A stretch of 64,000 bases of DNA from Nitrospirota bacterium. Lineage in GTDB: Bacteria > Nitrospirota > Nitrospiria > Nitrospirales > NS-4. Made by a program: the position numbers and the translations under genes. Below the pieces are notes generated by a model, which was given only the letters and a program-made list of their open reading frames with translations, was not told where the DNA came from and searched no databases. This document shows, piece by piece, positions 22,523-31,022 of the stretch. The stretch lies in NCBI GenBank assembly GCA_963788195.1, contig CAWBGA010000001.1, forward strand, positions 380,949 to 444,948, written 5' to 3'. Position 1 is the first letter of the stretch; the number at the start of each line of letters is the position of its first letter.

Positions 22523-23642
22523 TCCCATTGCCGACAAGATGCAACAAGGGGTCGATGAGGGAGTATATCCCGGAGGCGTTCTCCTAGTCTGGTATCAAGG
22601 TCAAGTCAGGCATCATGCGGCCTACGGGCACGCCTGCCTAATTCCCGTTCCCGAGGCGGCTTCCTGCGACACACTCTTTGACTTGGCGTCATTAACCAAG
22701 CCCCTCGCTGCGGTGAACGCCGCGTTGCTGTTTGCCGCGGATGGCCGAATCCTTTTGGACGATCTCGTTGAACGCTACATCCCTGAGCTGAAACACAAGG
22801 AATTAGGCCAGGCGACTCTTCGTCACCTTTTAAATCACTCGACCGGCCTTCCGGCTTGGCGTCCCTTCTACCAGCGAATAGCACCTGATGGCGGACGGTT
22901 ACGCGAGACGCCGCTTGAAAAGCGTCGCAGCGCCGTCTATGAGGCGATACAGCGTGAACCTCTGATCGAGCCGATCGGGACACGGGCAATTTACAGCGAT
23001 TTGGGATTTATTCTTCTTGGGGAAGTGCTTGAGCGCGTGAGCCGGAAGGGCTGGGCCGATCTCTGTCACGGGGTGGTTTTTGAACGCCTGGGCCTCGAAG
23101 GCCTGTTCTATATGGGGGAAACAGGACCAACGGGAGGGATGTCGCTTCGGCATCGCGTGTTCGCTGCGACCGAGCAAGACGAATGGCGGGGGCATCTCCT
23201 TCGAGGCGAGGTGCATGATGAGCATGCCGCGGTCATGGGGGGGGTCTCGTCTCACGCCGGTCTGTTCGGCACCGCAATGGCAGTGCTGGAGGCATCCCGC
23301 CTTTGGCTCGCGGCCGTCCGGGGGGACGCCTCTCCATTGCCTCGCAGATGGGCGCGGGAATTCGTCAGCCGGCAGAGCCTGGCGCCGCAATCGAGTTGGG
23401 CGTTGGGTTGGGATACCCCGTCGATCGGCGCCGGCGGTGAACCTTCCTCATCAGGGCGGTTGTTCCCGCAGTCGGCATTCGGTCATCTGGGCTTCACCGG
23501 TAGTTCACTGTGGCTGGACCCGGAGCGAAACCTCATTGTGGTATTGCTTACCAATCGAGTACATCCGACCCGGCAGAACAATCGCATCCGACAGTTTCGC
23601 CCGGAGCTACACGACATCGTAGTGACGACTTTAACCGGCTAA
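22515..23642 (+). CDS. Serine hydrolase, beta-lactamase/class C-like family
   Basis: FDLASLTK (SxxK), LLNHSTGL, YSDLGF, GEVHD, HAGLF, GHLGFTG, LLTNRVHP. Confidence 0.88.
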   Translation: MRDPIADKMQQGVDEGVYPGGVLLVWYQGQVRHHAAYGHACLIPVPEAASCDTLFDLASLTKPLAAVNAALLFAADGRILLDDLVERYIPELKHKELGQATLRHLLNHSTGLPAWRPFYQRIAPDGGRLRETPLEKRRSAVYEAIQREPLIEPIGTRAIYSDLGFILLGEVLERVSRKGWADLCHGVVFERLGLEGLFYMGETGPTGGMSLRHRVFAATEQDEWRGHLLRGEVHDEHAAVMGGVSSHAGLFGTAMAVLEASRLWLAAVRGDASPLPRRWAREFVSRQSLAPQSSWALGWDTPSIGAGGEPSSSGRLFPQSAFGHLGFTGSSLWLDPERNLIVVLLTNRVHPTRQNNRIRQFRPELHDIVVTTLTG

Positions 23643-23959
23643 GCGGAGTCGGGGTAATCGATCCAAGGCTCTTTCTCGGCGAGGTAGCGGGTGCCGCGAA
23701 AGTTGACGCGGGTTCTCATACGGCTGAACCCGTGCCGCAGAAGTTGCCCCACGAGAGCCTGTAAGGCTTCGAGAACGGTAGGATGCGACGACGTCTCGGC
23801 AGAGACCGATTCATACTGAATCTTGGCGCTGTAGCCGGTCACCGTACGCGTCACCGGAACCATGCGCACGAAATTCCGTCCCGCCGCGTCGTTGCCTTCG
23901 AGTTGATGCTTCTCGACAACAGAGTTCTTGCGTGAGATCAACGGGGAAAAGAAGGTCAC
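23639..23959 (-). CDS. Hypothetical protein
   Basis: 106-aa ORF with natural composition, downstream of rusA in the same orientation. Confidence 0.6.
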   Translation of the reverse strand: MTFFSPLISRKNSVVEKHQLEGNDAAGRNFVRMVPVTRTVTGYSAKIQYESVSAETSSHPTVLEALQALVGQLLRHGFSRMRTRVNFRGTRYLAEKEPWIDYPDSA

Positions 23960-23999
23960 AGCGCGACATTATACGGAAAAGCGGAGTCAGAGTCGATAT

Positions 24000-24557
24000 T
24001 TAGTCTGTCACTCGCAGTGATAATTCCATCCGGGGGGCGCAGGCATCCACGTCTTTTCGAAGGGACACTTCCACAATCCGGTTGTCATTGATCCCGAGCG
24101 CTTCGCACAAGGCGTCCTGGGTGATTTTCAAGCCCCCATCGATGTCGCGTCGCAACATCGACCCAAAGTAAAAATGAAGATCGAGGGCAAGTCTCAGTCG
24201 GTTGAGGCCGTGCGCCGCGGGAATTGTTTGCCGCCGGGCGGCAAGCAAGCACAGGACTTCCTGGCCTACGTGTGTCTTAAAACGGCGGCCCGCTGAGGAG
24301 AGGAGGCGACGTCCTTGCACCGTGGCATATTGGTGGTTGATGCTCGGAGGGAGCGGAAGGGTGAGCGTTAAAAAAACGGGGTCAGTCCCCGCGTCTGTGA
24401 GAATCGTGACAAACGGGGTCGGGGCCCGTTTGGGACTCTGCGAGGGGACCGGAGCACGACAGGGAGGCTGCCGGATCGGTGCGGGTTGGCGGTACGACGT
24501 CAGTCGTAAGACGACCGGACCCGAGCGTGAAACGCGGGCCGAGCGAGGTCGGGGCAT
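24000..24557 (-). CDS. rusA: RusA-family Holliday junction resolvase with Pro-rich N-terminal extension
   Basis: LPLPPSINH.Y, RRDIDG..K...DAL, GINDNRI. Confidence 0.8.
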   Translation of the reverse strand: MPRPRSARVSRSGPVVLRLTSYRQPAPIRQPPCRAPVPSQSPKRAPTPFVTILTDAGTDPVFLTLTLPLPPSINHQYATVQGRRLLSSAGRRFKTHVGQEVLCLLAARRQTIPAAHGLNRLRLALDLHFYFGSMLRRDIDGGLKITQDALCEALGINDNRIVEVSLRKDVDACAPRMELSLRVTD

Positions 24558-24560
24558 GAG

Positions 24561-25016
24561 TTACAGGAGGTCCATGATCTTCGACATAGAGGCTTCATGT
24601 CGGTTCTCGGTTCTCTCGACATAGCGGCGCCACTCCGTGGGGCTCCATACTTCCAAATGCTCATACATGCCCACCAACACAATCTCCTGGTCATCGTCGA
24701 GATTGATATACTTGCGGAGCTTTTGCGGAATGAGGATCCGTCCTGCCTTGTCAACTTCGGACATGGACGTCTCCGATACCACAAAGTGCATGAACAGGCG
24801 GCTTTGCTCTTCATCTAATTTGGCGCGGGTCTGTTTCAAGACATCTTCCCATTGCGCTTGCGGGTACACGCGCAGAGAAGCCAATTCAGCGATTCTTAAA
24901 AATACGACAAGTCTTCCGGCTCCCAAACCCTCCTCCGAAAGGAATACCCGGATAGAGGGCGGAAGAAGAAATCGCCCCTTTTCATCGAGCTTGCATAGAT
25001 ATTCGCCGGAAAACAT
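24561..25016 (-). CDS. mraZ: Division/cell wall cluster transcriptional repressor MraZ
   Basis: MFSGEY...LDEKGR..LP and second SpoVT-AbrB repeat VDKAGRILIP..LR.Y, VG...HLEVW. Confidence 0.9.
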   Translation of the reverse strand: MFSGEYLCKLDEKGRFLLPPSIRVFLSEEGLGAGRLVVFLRIAELASLRVYPQAQWEDVLKQTRAKLDEEQSRLFMHFVVSETSMSEVDKAGRILIPQKLRKYINLDDDQEIVLVGMYEHLEVWSPTEWRRYVERTENRHEASMSKIMDLL

Positions 25017-25038
25017 CAGATGTTTCTCGCAAGCAGGT

Positions 25039-25236
25039 TCAAGATCGACTGTGCTGGCGGCTTTTTTCCCGCAGCATGAGATCCAGCTCGGACTTCACGA
25101 ACCGCCAGTCTTTCCCGAGTTTAAACGCCGGCACGCGCCGCTCCTTGATATAGCGGTAAAGAGTACGAGGCGCCACCTTAAGATACCGGCAAGTCTCCGC
25201 CGTGGTGAGCACCTCGTCGATCGCTCTCTTGGGCAT
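25039..25236 (-). CDS. Small excisionase/BldC-like helix-turn-helix protein (HTH_17)
   Basis: VLTTAETCRYLKVAPRTLYRYIKERRVPAFKLGKDWRF; GGAG RBS before ATG at 25236. Confidence 0.85.
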   Translation of the reverse strand: MPKRAIDEVLTTAETCRYLKVAPRTLYRYIKERRVPAFKLGKDWRFVKSELDLMLREKSRQHSRS

Positions 25237-25258
25237 CGCGCTCCACTTTAAAGAAAGA

Positions 25259-25323
25259 ATCGTAGTAAATTCGGGGGTATATGTCAATATTTATTGTAGC
25301 CATTTAACTGCCACTCCCTGCCA
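25259..25323 (-). promoter_or_regulatory. Sigma70 promoter of the HTH-mraZ-rusA operon with three upstream TGGC(A/T) direct repeats
   Basis: Minus strand TTGACA (25287-25282), 17 bp, TACGAT (25264-25259); TGGCA, TGGCA, TGGCT at 10-11 bp spacing (25323-25298). Confidence 0.65.
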
Positions 25324-25350
25324 GTGGTGTACCTCAAGTGATCAGTCCAT

Positions 25351-26075
25351 TCATAGACGGCGCGCAAGGGTCCAGACAACCACGGCTTTGACGCCGGCTT
25401 GACGAAGGGCCTTGGCACACTCGTTGACAGTGGCACCGGTGGTCAAGACGTCATCAATCAGCAGGACTCGCTGATCCTGCAAAGCTTTTGCCTGGAACGG
25501 GGCAAACGCGTGCTTGACGTTTTCGGCTCGCGCCGCGCGATGCAGTTCGGTTTGAGGCGGCGTCGCCCGAATTCGGCGGAGATGATGTAACGACAATGGC
25601 AGGCTCAGACGAGTTGCGATTCGGTCTGCCAGGAGCAGCGACTGATTGAATTCACGCACCGCAGTCGCTTGGGATGAAGCGGAACGGGCAGTACGAGATC
25701 GACGGCAGGAAGCTTATCTTTGCACACAAGCATCAACTCTGCGAGCGGTCGCGCTAATGCGACGCATTTGCGATACTTAAAAAGATGAATCGCGCGGGCA
25801 AGAGCGCCTTCAAAGGCATAGGGTGAAAGGACGCAATCAAAAGCCGGCGGGGATTCGCGACAGCTCTGGCACCGATGGCCGGGGCTATATTCCAGCGCTA
25901 CCGGAGAAGCGAAAGGGCGCCCGCAGCAGGGGCACATTGGGCCTTTCAGTGGTTGGATCGATTCCCAACAAGATTGGCAGAAACACGGGAAGTGACGGTC
26001 CGGTGCGGCACGAAGACACACCGCGCAGTCCATGGGAAAAACCCATTGCAGCACGGTATCCAAAAAATCCGGCAT
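25351..26075 (-). CDS. comF: ComF family amidophosphoribosyltransferase-like protein (frameshift about 25660)
   Basis: N-terminal CxxC zinc ribbons, LPVPLH..RL, FNQS, LLIDDVLTTGAT. Confidence 0.88.
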
Positions 26076-26126
26076 GGGAGCTTGGACACGGAGTGCGCCG
26101 ACATGTCACAGCCGGTCCGTCAATAC

Positions 26127-26298
26127 CATTGCACCCACCCAGCCCCGCGGCTGCCAAGACAGCCGCTTTTCCCGTGGACCTGCGCCAAACGGCCGTAGGA
26201 GCAAAGAAGTCTGTCCCGGCACTGACTTCAGGGCGGGTGGGTGTCGGGGGCAAAGGGATGCGTCTCGGCGCGGCCGGTCTTGGCGGGCGGGTGTAATG
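26127..26298. repeat. Three hairpin elements: one on + and two on -, tail to tail
   Basis: + CATTGCACCCACCCAGCCCC-GCGGCTG-CCAAGA-CAGCCGC-TTTTCCCGTGG (26127-26177); minus-strand copies at 26198-26243 and 26246-26298. Confidence 0.88.
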
Positions 26299-26339
26299 GG
26301 CCATCAGCCTTGCGGCGGTTATAGGGGGAGCCAGAAGGC

Positions 26340-27077
26340 TTGTGCCGTTGGCCCGCCTCAGAGATTTGTGTTATAGATGAACGACTAAAACCCGAGCACG
26401 CACGTGTGGTTCGTGTGGACAAAGTCTCTAAAGTCTACCAGCGCGGAGCGGCATCGATTCATGCGCTGAGAGGTGTCTCGTTAGAAGTGCCACATGGCCA
26501 ATTTCTGGTGGTGATGGGTCCCAGCGGAAGCGGAAAGAGCACGTTACTGAATGTGATCAGCGGTTTAGATCGCCCCACGGAAGGGGAAATCGTGATCGAC
26601 GGACATTCGACGAAAGGCTTTACCGAATCGGATTGGACGTTACTGAGGCGGCAGCGGATCGGGATTGTCTTTCAATCCTTCAACCTGCTGCCGGGACTGA
26701 CGGCGCAAGAGAATGTCGAGCTTCCTCTTTTGCTCAGAGGTGATTCCGAGGCAGGAGCACAGGCAGAATGCTCGTTGCGCGCCGTGGGCTTGGCCCATCG
26801 TGCACATCATCGGCCCGCCGAACTTTCCGGTGGAGAACAACAACGCGTCGCGTTGGCCCGCGCCCTGGTTCATCGCCCAGCGCTCATGCTGGCGGATGAG
26901 CCCACGGGAAATTTGGATTCGCGCACGGGAAGCGAAATCGTAGAACTCATCAAAGGGCTGGCTCAGGAACATCGACAAACGGTGATCTTGGCCACCCATA
27001 GCCGGGAAGCTGCCGCCAAAGCGGATCGGGTGCTTGTCATGCGTGATGGGGGCCTCGAGGCGGAGGCGCAGCAATGA
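26340..27077 (+). CDS. ABC transporter ATP-binding protein, LolD/MacB type (start approximate)
   Basis: GPSGSGKST, GIVFQSFNL, LSGGEQQRVA, LADEPTGNLD, ATH. Confidence 0.93.
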   Translation: MCRWPASEICVIDERLKPEHARVVRVDKVSKVYQRGAASIHALRGVSLEVPHGQFLVVMGPSGSGKSTLLNVISGLDRPTEGEIVIDGHSTKGFTESDWTLLRRQRIGIVFQSFNLLPGLTAQENVELPLLLRGDSEAGAQAECSLRAVGLAHRAHHRPAELSGGEQQRVALARALVHRPALMLADEPTGNLDSRTGSEIVELIKGLAQEHRQTVILATHSREAAAKADRVLVMRDGGLEAEAQQ

Positions 27078-27457
27078 GGACTGTGGTCATTTTGGGGGTG
27101 CTTTTGCTGGCAATGAATCCAGGGTTGCCGGCGAAGGCGGACGCGCCTGTGATCAAACATCCCTTGGCGCAAACGCATCCCATCATCATTGACGCAACCG
27201 CGCTTAAGCCATCCAAAGCCTGGAGCATTCCCGGCGTCACCGAGCCTTTGCAGTCTTTGACCGGCCCTACGACTACCCAGATTACGACCGTCAACCTCAG
27301 GCCGGGTCGCTACATGTTCACCACCACTAGTCTGTCCTTTGAGTTCACCGTCGATCTCGAAGGTAAGCTGGGTTACGCAAAATTGCACGACCAGTGCGTG
27401 AGCGGCAGGGGCACCTCCCAGCTCACTGTGAACTGTCGCTTTACCATGCCGCAATGA
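27074..27457 (+). CDS. Secreted hypothetical protein
   Basis: Signal peptide (..AKA-D), beta-rich, two Cys; ATGA overlaps on both sides. Confidence 0.7.
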   Translation: MRTVVILGVLLLAMNPGLPAKADAPVIKHPLAQTHPIIIDATALKPSKAWSIPGVTEPLQSLTGPTTTQITTVNLRPGRYMFTTTSLSFEFTVDLEGKLGYAKLHDQCVSGRGTSQLTVNCRFTMPQ

Positions 27458-28404
27458 GGGCTTCGTCTCCGTCCGGCCCCGACCTTTCAACCACGATTGC
27501 CGGTGTTCGGTTTCCGCTCTGTTTGATGAATGCGTCGGGAGCGCTCTGCGTCACGCGTGAGGAACTGGAGGCGCTAGGACGGTCACAGGCAGGAGCAATC
27601 GTCACGAAGTCAATGACGCGCGAACCCCGAGCTGGAAATCCGGAGCCTCGATACTTTGCTTTTTCCGAGGGCTCCGTGAATTCCATGGGTCTTCCGAACC
27701 TGGGCTACCGAGCGTACGCAGAGATCATTCCCGGGCTCAAGGCGTTTGGCAAGCCGGTGATTGCGAGTATCGCCGGTCTCTGCGAAGATGACTTTCCGGA
27801 AATCGCCCGGACCATCAGCAAGGCAGAGCCGGACCTGCTTGAAGTAAATCTGTCCTGTCCGAACATCGCCGGCAAACCGCAGATCGGCTATGATTTCGAC
27901 GCCTCGGAACGTGTGCTGCGGCAGGTGCGGGCCGTGGCAGGCCGACCAATGGGCGTCAAGCTGCCCCCGTATTTTGATCCGGCCCACCATGCAGCCATGG
28001 CCGAAGTGCTGCGTCGGGTCCCTGTCGACTTTCTGTCGTTGATTAATTCGGTCGGCAATGCTCTCGTGATCGACCCGGAGCGGGAATCGGTTGTCATCAA
28101 GCCCAAGGGCGGTTTCGGCGGACTCGGGGGCGCGATGATCAAACCTGTGGCCTTGGCCAACGTCAGGTCATTTTGGAAGGCCTTTCAAGGGCGGATTCCC
28201 ATTATCGGTGTCGGAGGCGTAAGGTCGGGGACCGACGCCTTTGAGCATCTGCTTGCCGGCGCCTCGGCAGTCCAGATCGGAACAGCTCTCGTGGAGGAGG
28301 GCCCGAAGGTGTTTGATCGCATTCAACAGGAGCTTCAGGGCATCCTGGTCAGAAAGAGCTATCAAGGGGTCCAATCTGTCGTAGGCCGGCTTCAGGAATT
28401 GTGA
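27454..28404 (+). CDS. pyrD: Dihydroorotate dehydrogenase, class 1A (fumarate-dependent type)
   Basis: MNASG, GNPEPRY, NSMGLPNLG, NLSCPN..GKPQ, VKLPPYFD, INSVGN, PKGGFGGLGG. Confidence 0.9.
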   Translation: MRASSPSGPDLSTTIAGVRFPLCLMNASGALCVTREELEALGRSQAGAIVTKSMTREPRAGNPEPRYFAFSEGSVNSMGLPNLGYRAYAEIIPGLKAFGKPVIASIAGLCEDDFPEIARTISKAEPDLLEVNLSCPNIAGKPQIGYDFDASERVLRQVRAVAGRPMGVKLPPYFDPAHHAAMAEVLRRVPVDFLSLINSVGNALVIDPERESVVIKPKGGFGGLGGAMIKPVALANVRSFWKAFQGRIPIIGVGGVRSGTDAFEHLLAGASAVQIGTALVEEGPKVFDRIQQELQGILVRKSYQGVQSVVGRLQEL

Positions 28405-31004
28405 CCCTCTTTCGCCTGATTGTCTGGCGTCATCTTCTTCACGAACCGCTACGCACGATCCTTACAGTCCTCGGAGTCGGATTGGGCGTTGCTGTCTACG
28501 TGGCGGTAGCCACAGCGAACATTGAGGTGCTCCGCACATTCGAAGAAGGAGTGCTAGCTATTGCCGGCCGTACCACGCTTCAGGTTACCAGTGCGGCGGC
28601 TCTCCCGGGGGGCTTCGACGAAACTGTTATTGAGACGATACGTCAGGCCGATGGCGTGGCCCTCGCCACTCCGGTGCTGGAGTTCTCAACAATCTGGCGC
28701 GGCGGTCCTTCATCGCCCGTGACATTGCCGGTTCTCGGCGTTGACCTTCTCGCAGAATCAAAGGTGCGCGATTACACCATCGCATCGGCGGTTTCCACTC
28801 GAGAACCCGTCGAGAATCCCGCTACCGGCGAAGCCGACTGGGAGCGCTACCTTGAGCCAGATGCCATCTTCATCGGTCGGGCTTTTGCGAAACGGTATGG
28901 AGTAGTCACCGGAGTCCCTATCGACCTGCAGGTGGGTCCGCGGGTCCGACGTCTGACGGTCAGAGGAGTTATTGAAGGAAAAGGTCCAGCGTCAGCGGTG
29001 CTCGAAGAGCTGGCCGTCATGGACATTGCCGCCGCACAACTGATGTTTGATCGTCTGGGCCAGCTTGATCGCATCGACGTGATCACTGACTCCGGTCAAG
29101 CAGTCGACGAGATCGCAGTCCGGATTCGCGAGCGTCTTCCGTCCGGCCTTCTCATCAAGCGGCCCGAGCAGCGAAACGTACAAATCGAGCGAATGACCAG
29201 GGCGTTTCGGCTTAATGTTGCGTCGTTGAGCACCGTCGCATTACTCGTCGGGTTGTTCCTGGTGTACAACACCATGTCCTTTGCCGTGCTTCGGCGGCGT
29301 CGGGAGATTGGGATTCTGCGGTCGTTGGGCATGTTGCCTTATGGGATCGGCCGGTTATTTCTTTTGGAAGGGTTGCTCTTGGGAATTGTCGGCTGGGGCG
29401 TGGGGATTCTTGGCGGCATGGTCCTCGCGCGCGTCGCGGTAGGAATGATGGTGACGACATCGGGAGACCTGTATGACGTCGCTGTTCAACACAGTCAGGC
29501 GCGCATCCCCCTGCCGGTCGTGGCGCAGAGTTTGTTGATCGGTATGAGCGTTGCCCTGTTAGGGTCCATTGGCCCGATCCGTGAGGCCAGCGCTGTCCAG
29601 CCGGTACGTGCCCTCGCGCCAAGAGGCTACGAAGTTGATGCGATAAAACCCGTCCTCCCGATTCTTCTTAAGTCAACGGCGCTCTTCATCGTAGCCGGAG
29701 CTGCGGCTCTCGCAGAACCGGTCCGCGGGCTTCCGATATTCGGATATCTGTCGGCATTCCTGCTGATCGTAGCCATGGCGATGCTCAGTCCTGTTGTGAT
29801 ACGTGCGATGGGCCCGTGCGTTCGAGCCATTCTGCCAAAGGGGTACCGCGGCGTTGTACGGATTGCTGCGGATGAGTTAGAGCGGGCGTCGGTGAGGAAC
29901 GCCGTCGCGGTGTCGGCCTTGATGGTCGGCCTTGCCTTGATGATTGGCATGGGCATTCTGATCCAAAGCTTTCGCCAGACAGTGGATGTGTGGCTGGATC
30001 AAACAGTCAAGGCGGACGTGATCGTTGCGCCTCCAACGTGGCTCGGTTCCGGACCTGCCGGTCTTCTGCCGGAATCCGTCGGTCGACGGCTGGAGGGAAT
30101 TTCCGGTGTTGACGCGGTGGATTCCTATCGCGATCTGCGTATGGAATTCCGCGATCGACCCATAGCGCTCGTTGCGCGGCATATGCTCATCCACGCCCGG
30201 CACAGCCGCTATCTGTTCCTCGAAGGAGATTCGTCAGCTATTTTGGCGCGCGCCATCGACAATGATGAGGTCATCATCTCGGAGACATTCGCAAATCAGT
30301 TTGGCCTTACACAAGGCCAGCAGATGACCCTAGACAGTCCACGTGGCCCGCTTCAGGTGCGGATCGCGGGAGTGTTCTATGACTACGCCACCGATGGGGG
30401 CAAGGTGGTTATGGACCGCGCCTTGTTTGAGCGATTCTGGCAAGATCGACATGCGACGGTGGTGCCCCTCTATCTGGCTCCTGGGGCGGATCTTGGCAGG
30501 ATTCGCGCCGAGATCCTGTCCCGCCTGGCTGGAGAGCTTCCCGTGATCCTGATAACAAACGTGGAATTGAAACGGGAAGTCCTTCGCATATTCGATCAGA
30601 CATTTGCCGTCACATACGCGCTTGAGTTCATCGCCCTGCTCGTGGCGTTGCTTGCCATTGTCAATGCCTTGCTTTCCGGAATCTTGGAGCGGCAGGGCGA
30701 ATTGGCTGTGATACGAGCAATCGGCGGGACGCCCCGTCAAATCGGCCGCATTGTCCTGTGGGAGTCCTGCTTGCTAGGCATGGCGGGCATCGTACTGGGA
30801 GTCATCGCCGGTGTCTTGCTTTCGCTTCTCCTCATTCATGTCATCAACAAGCAGTCGTTCGGCTGGTCCGTCGTATTCTATCTATCTCCGGTGGCCCTGC
30901 TGAAAGCCATTGGTTTGGTCCTGCTCACGACCGTGCTGGCAGGTTATGGGCCGGCCCGTAGAGCCGCTCACCTGCCGATGGCTGACAGTCTGCGTTATGA
31001 GTAA
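28401..31004 (+). CDS. ABC transporter permease, duplicated MacB-PCD/FtsX domains
   Basis: Two halves each with RT.LT.LG and RR.EIG.LR.LG FtsX motifs; INKQSFGW. Confidence 0.9.
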   Translation: MTLFRLIVWRHLLHEPLRTILTVLGVGLGVAVYVAVATANIEVLRTFEEGVLAIAGRTTLQVTSAAALPGGFDETVIETIRQADGVALATPVLEFSTIWRGGPSSPVTLPVLGVDLLAESKVRDYTIASAVSTREPVENPATGEADWERYLEPDAIFIGRAFAKRYGVVTGVPIDLQVGPRVRRLTVRGVIEGKGPASAVLEELAVMDIAAAQLMFDRLGQLDRIDVITDSGQAVDEIAVRIRERLPSGLLIKRPEQRNVQIERMTRAFRLNVASLSTVALLVGLFLVYNTMSFAVLRRRREIGILRSLGMLPYGIGRLFLLEGLLLGIVGWGVGILGGMVLARVAVGMMVTTSGDLYDVAVQHSQARIPLPVVAQSLLIGMSVALLGSIGPIREASAVQPVRALAPRGYEVDAIKPVLPILLKSTALFIVAGAAALAEPVRGLPIFGYLSAFLLIVAMAMLSPVVIRAMGPCVRAILPKGYRGVVRIAADELERASVRNAVAVSALMVGLALMIGMGILIQSFRQTVDVWLDQTVKADVIVAPPTWLGSGPAGLLPESVGRRLEGISGVDAVDSYRDLRMEFRDRPIALVARHMLIHARHSRYLFLEGDSSAILARAIDNDEVIISETFANQFGLTQGQQMTLDSPRGPLQVRIAGVFYDYATDGGKVVMDRALFERFWQDRHATVVPLYLAPGADLGRIRAEILSRLAGELPVILITNVELKREVLRIFDQTFAVTYALEFIALLVALLAIVNALLSGILERQGELAVIRAIGGTPRQIGRIVLWESCLLGMAGIVLGVIAGVLLSLLLIHVINKQSFGWSVVFYLSPVALLKAIGLVLLTTVLAGYGPARRAAHLPMADSLRYE

Positions 31005-31022
31005 GCCAAACACAGGCGTCTG

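Noticed and set aside
24000..25236. Prophage remnant (rusA plus excisionase-like gene)
   Set aside because: No integrase, structural genes, att sites or compositional shift; mraZ lies between the two genes.
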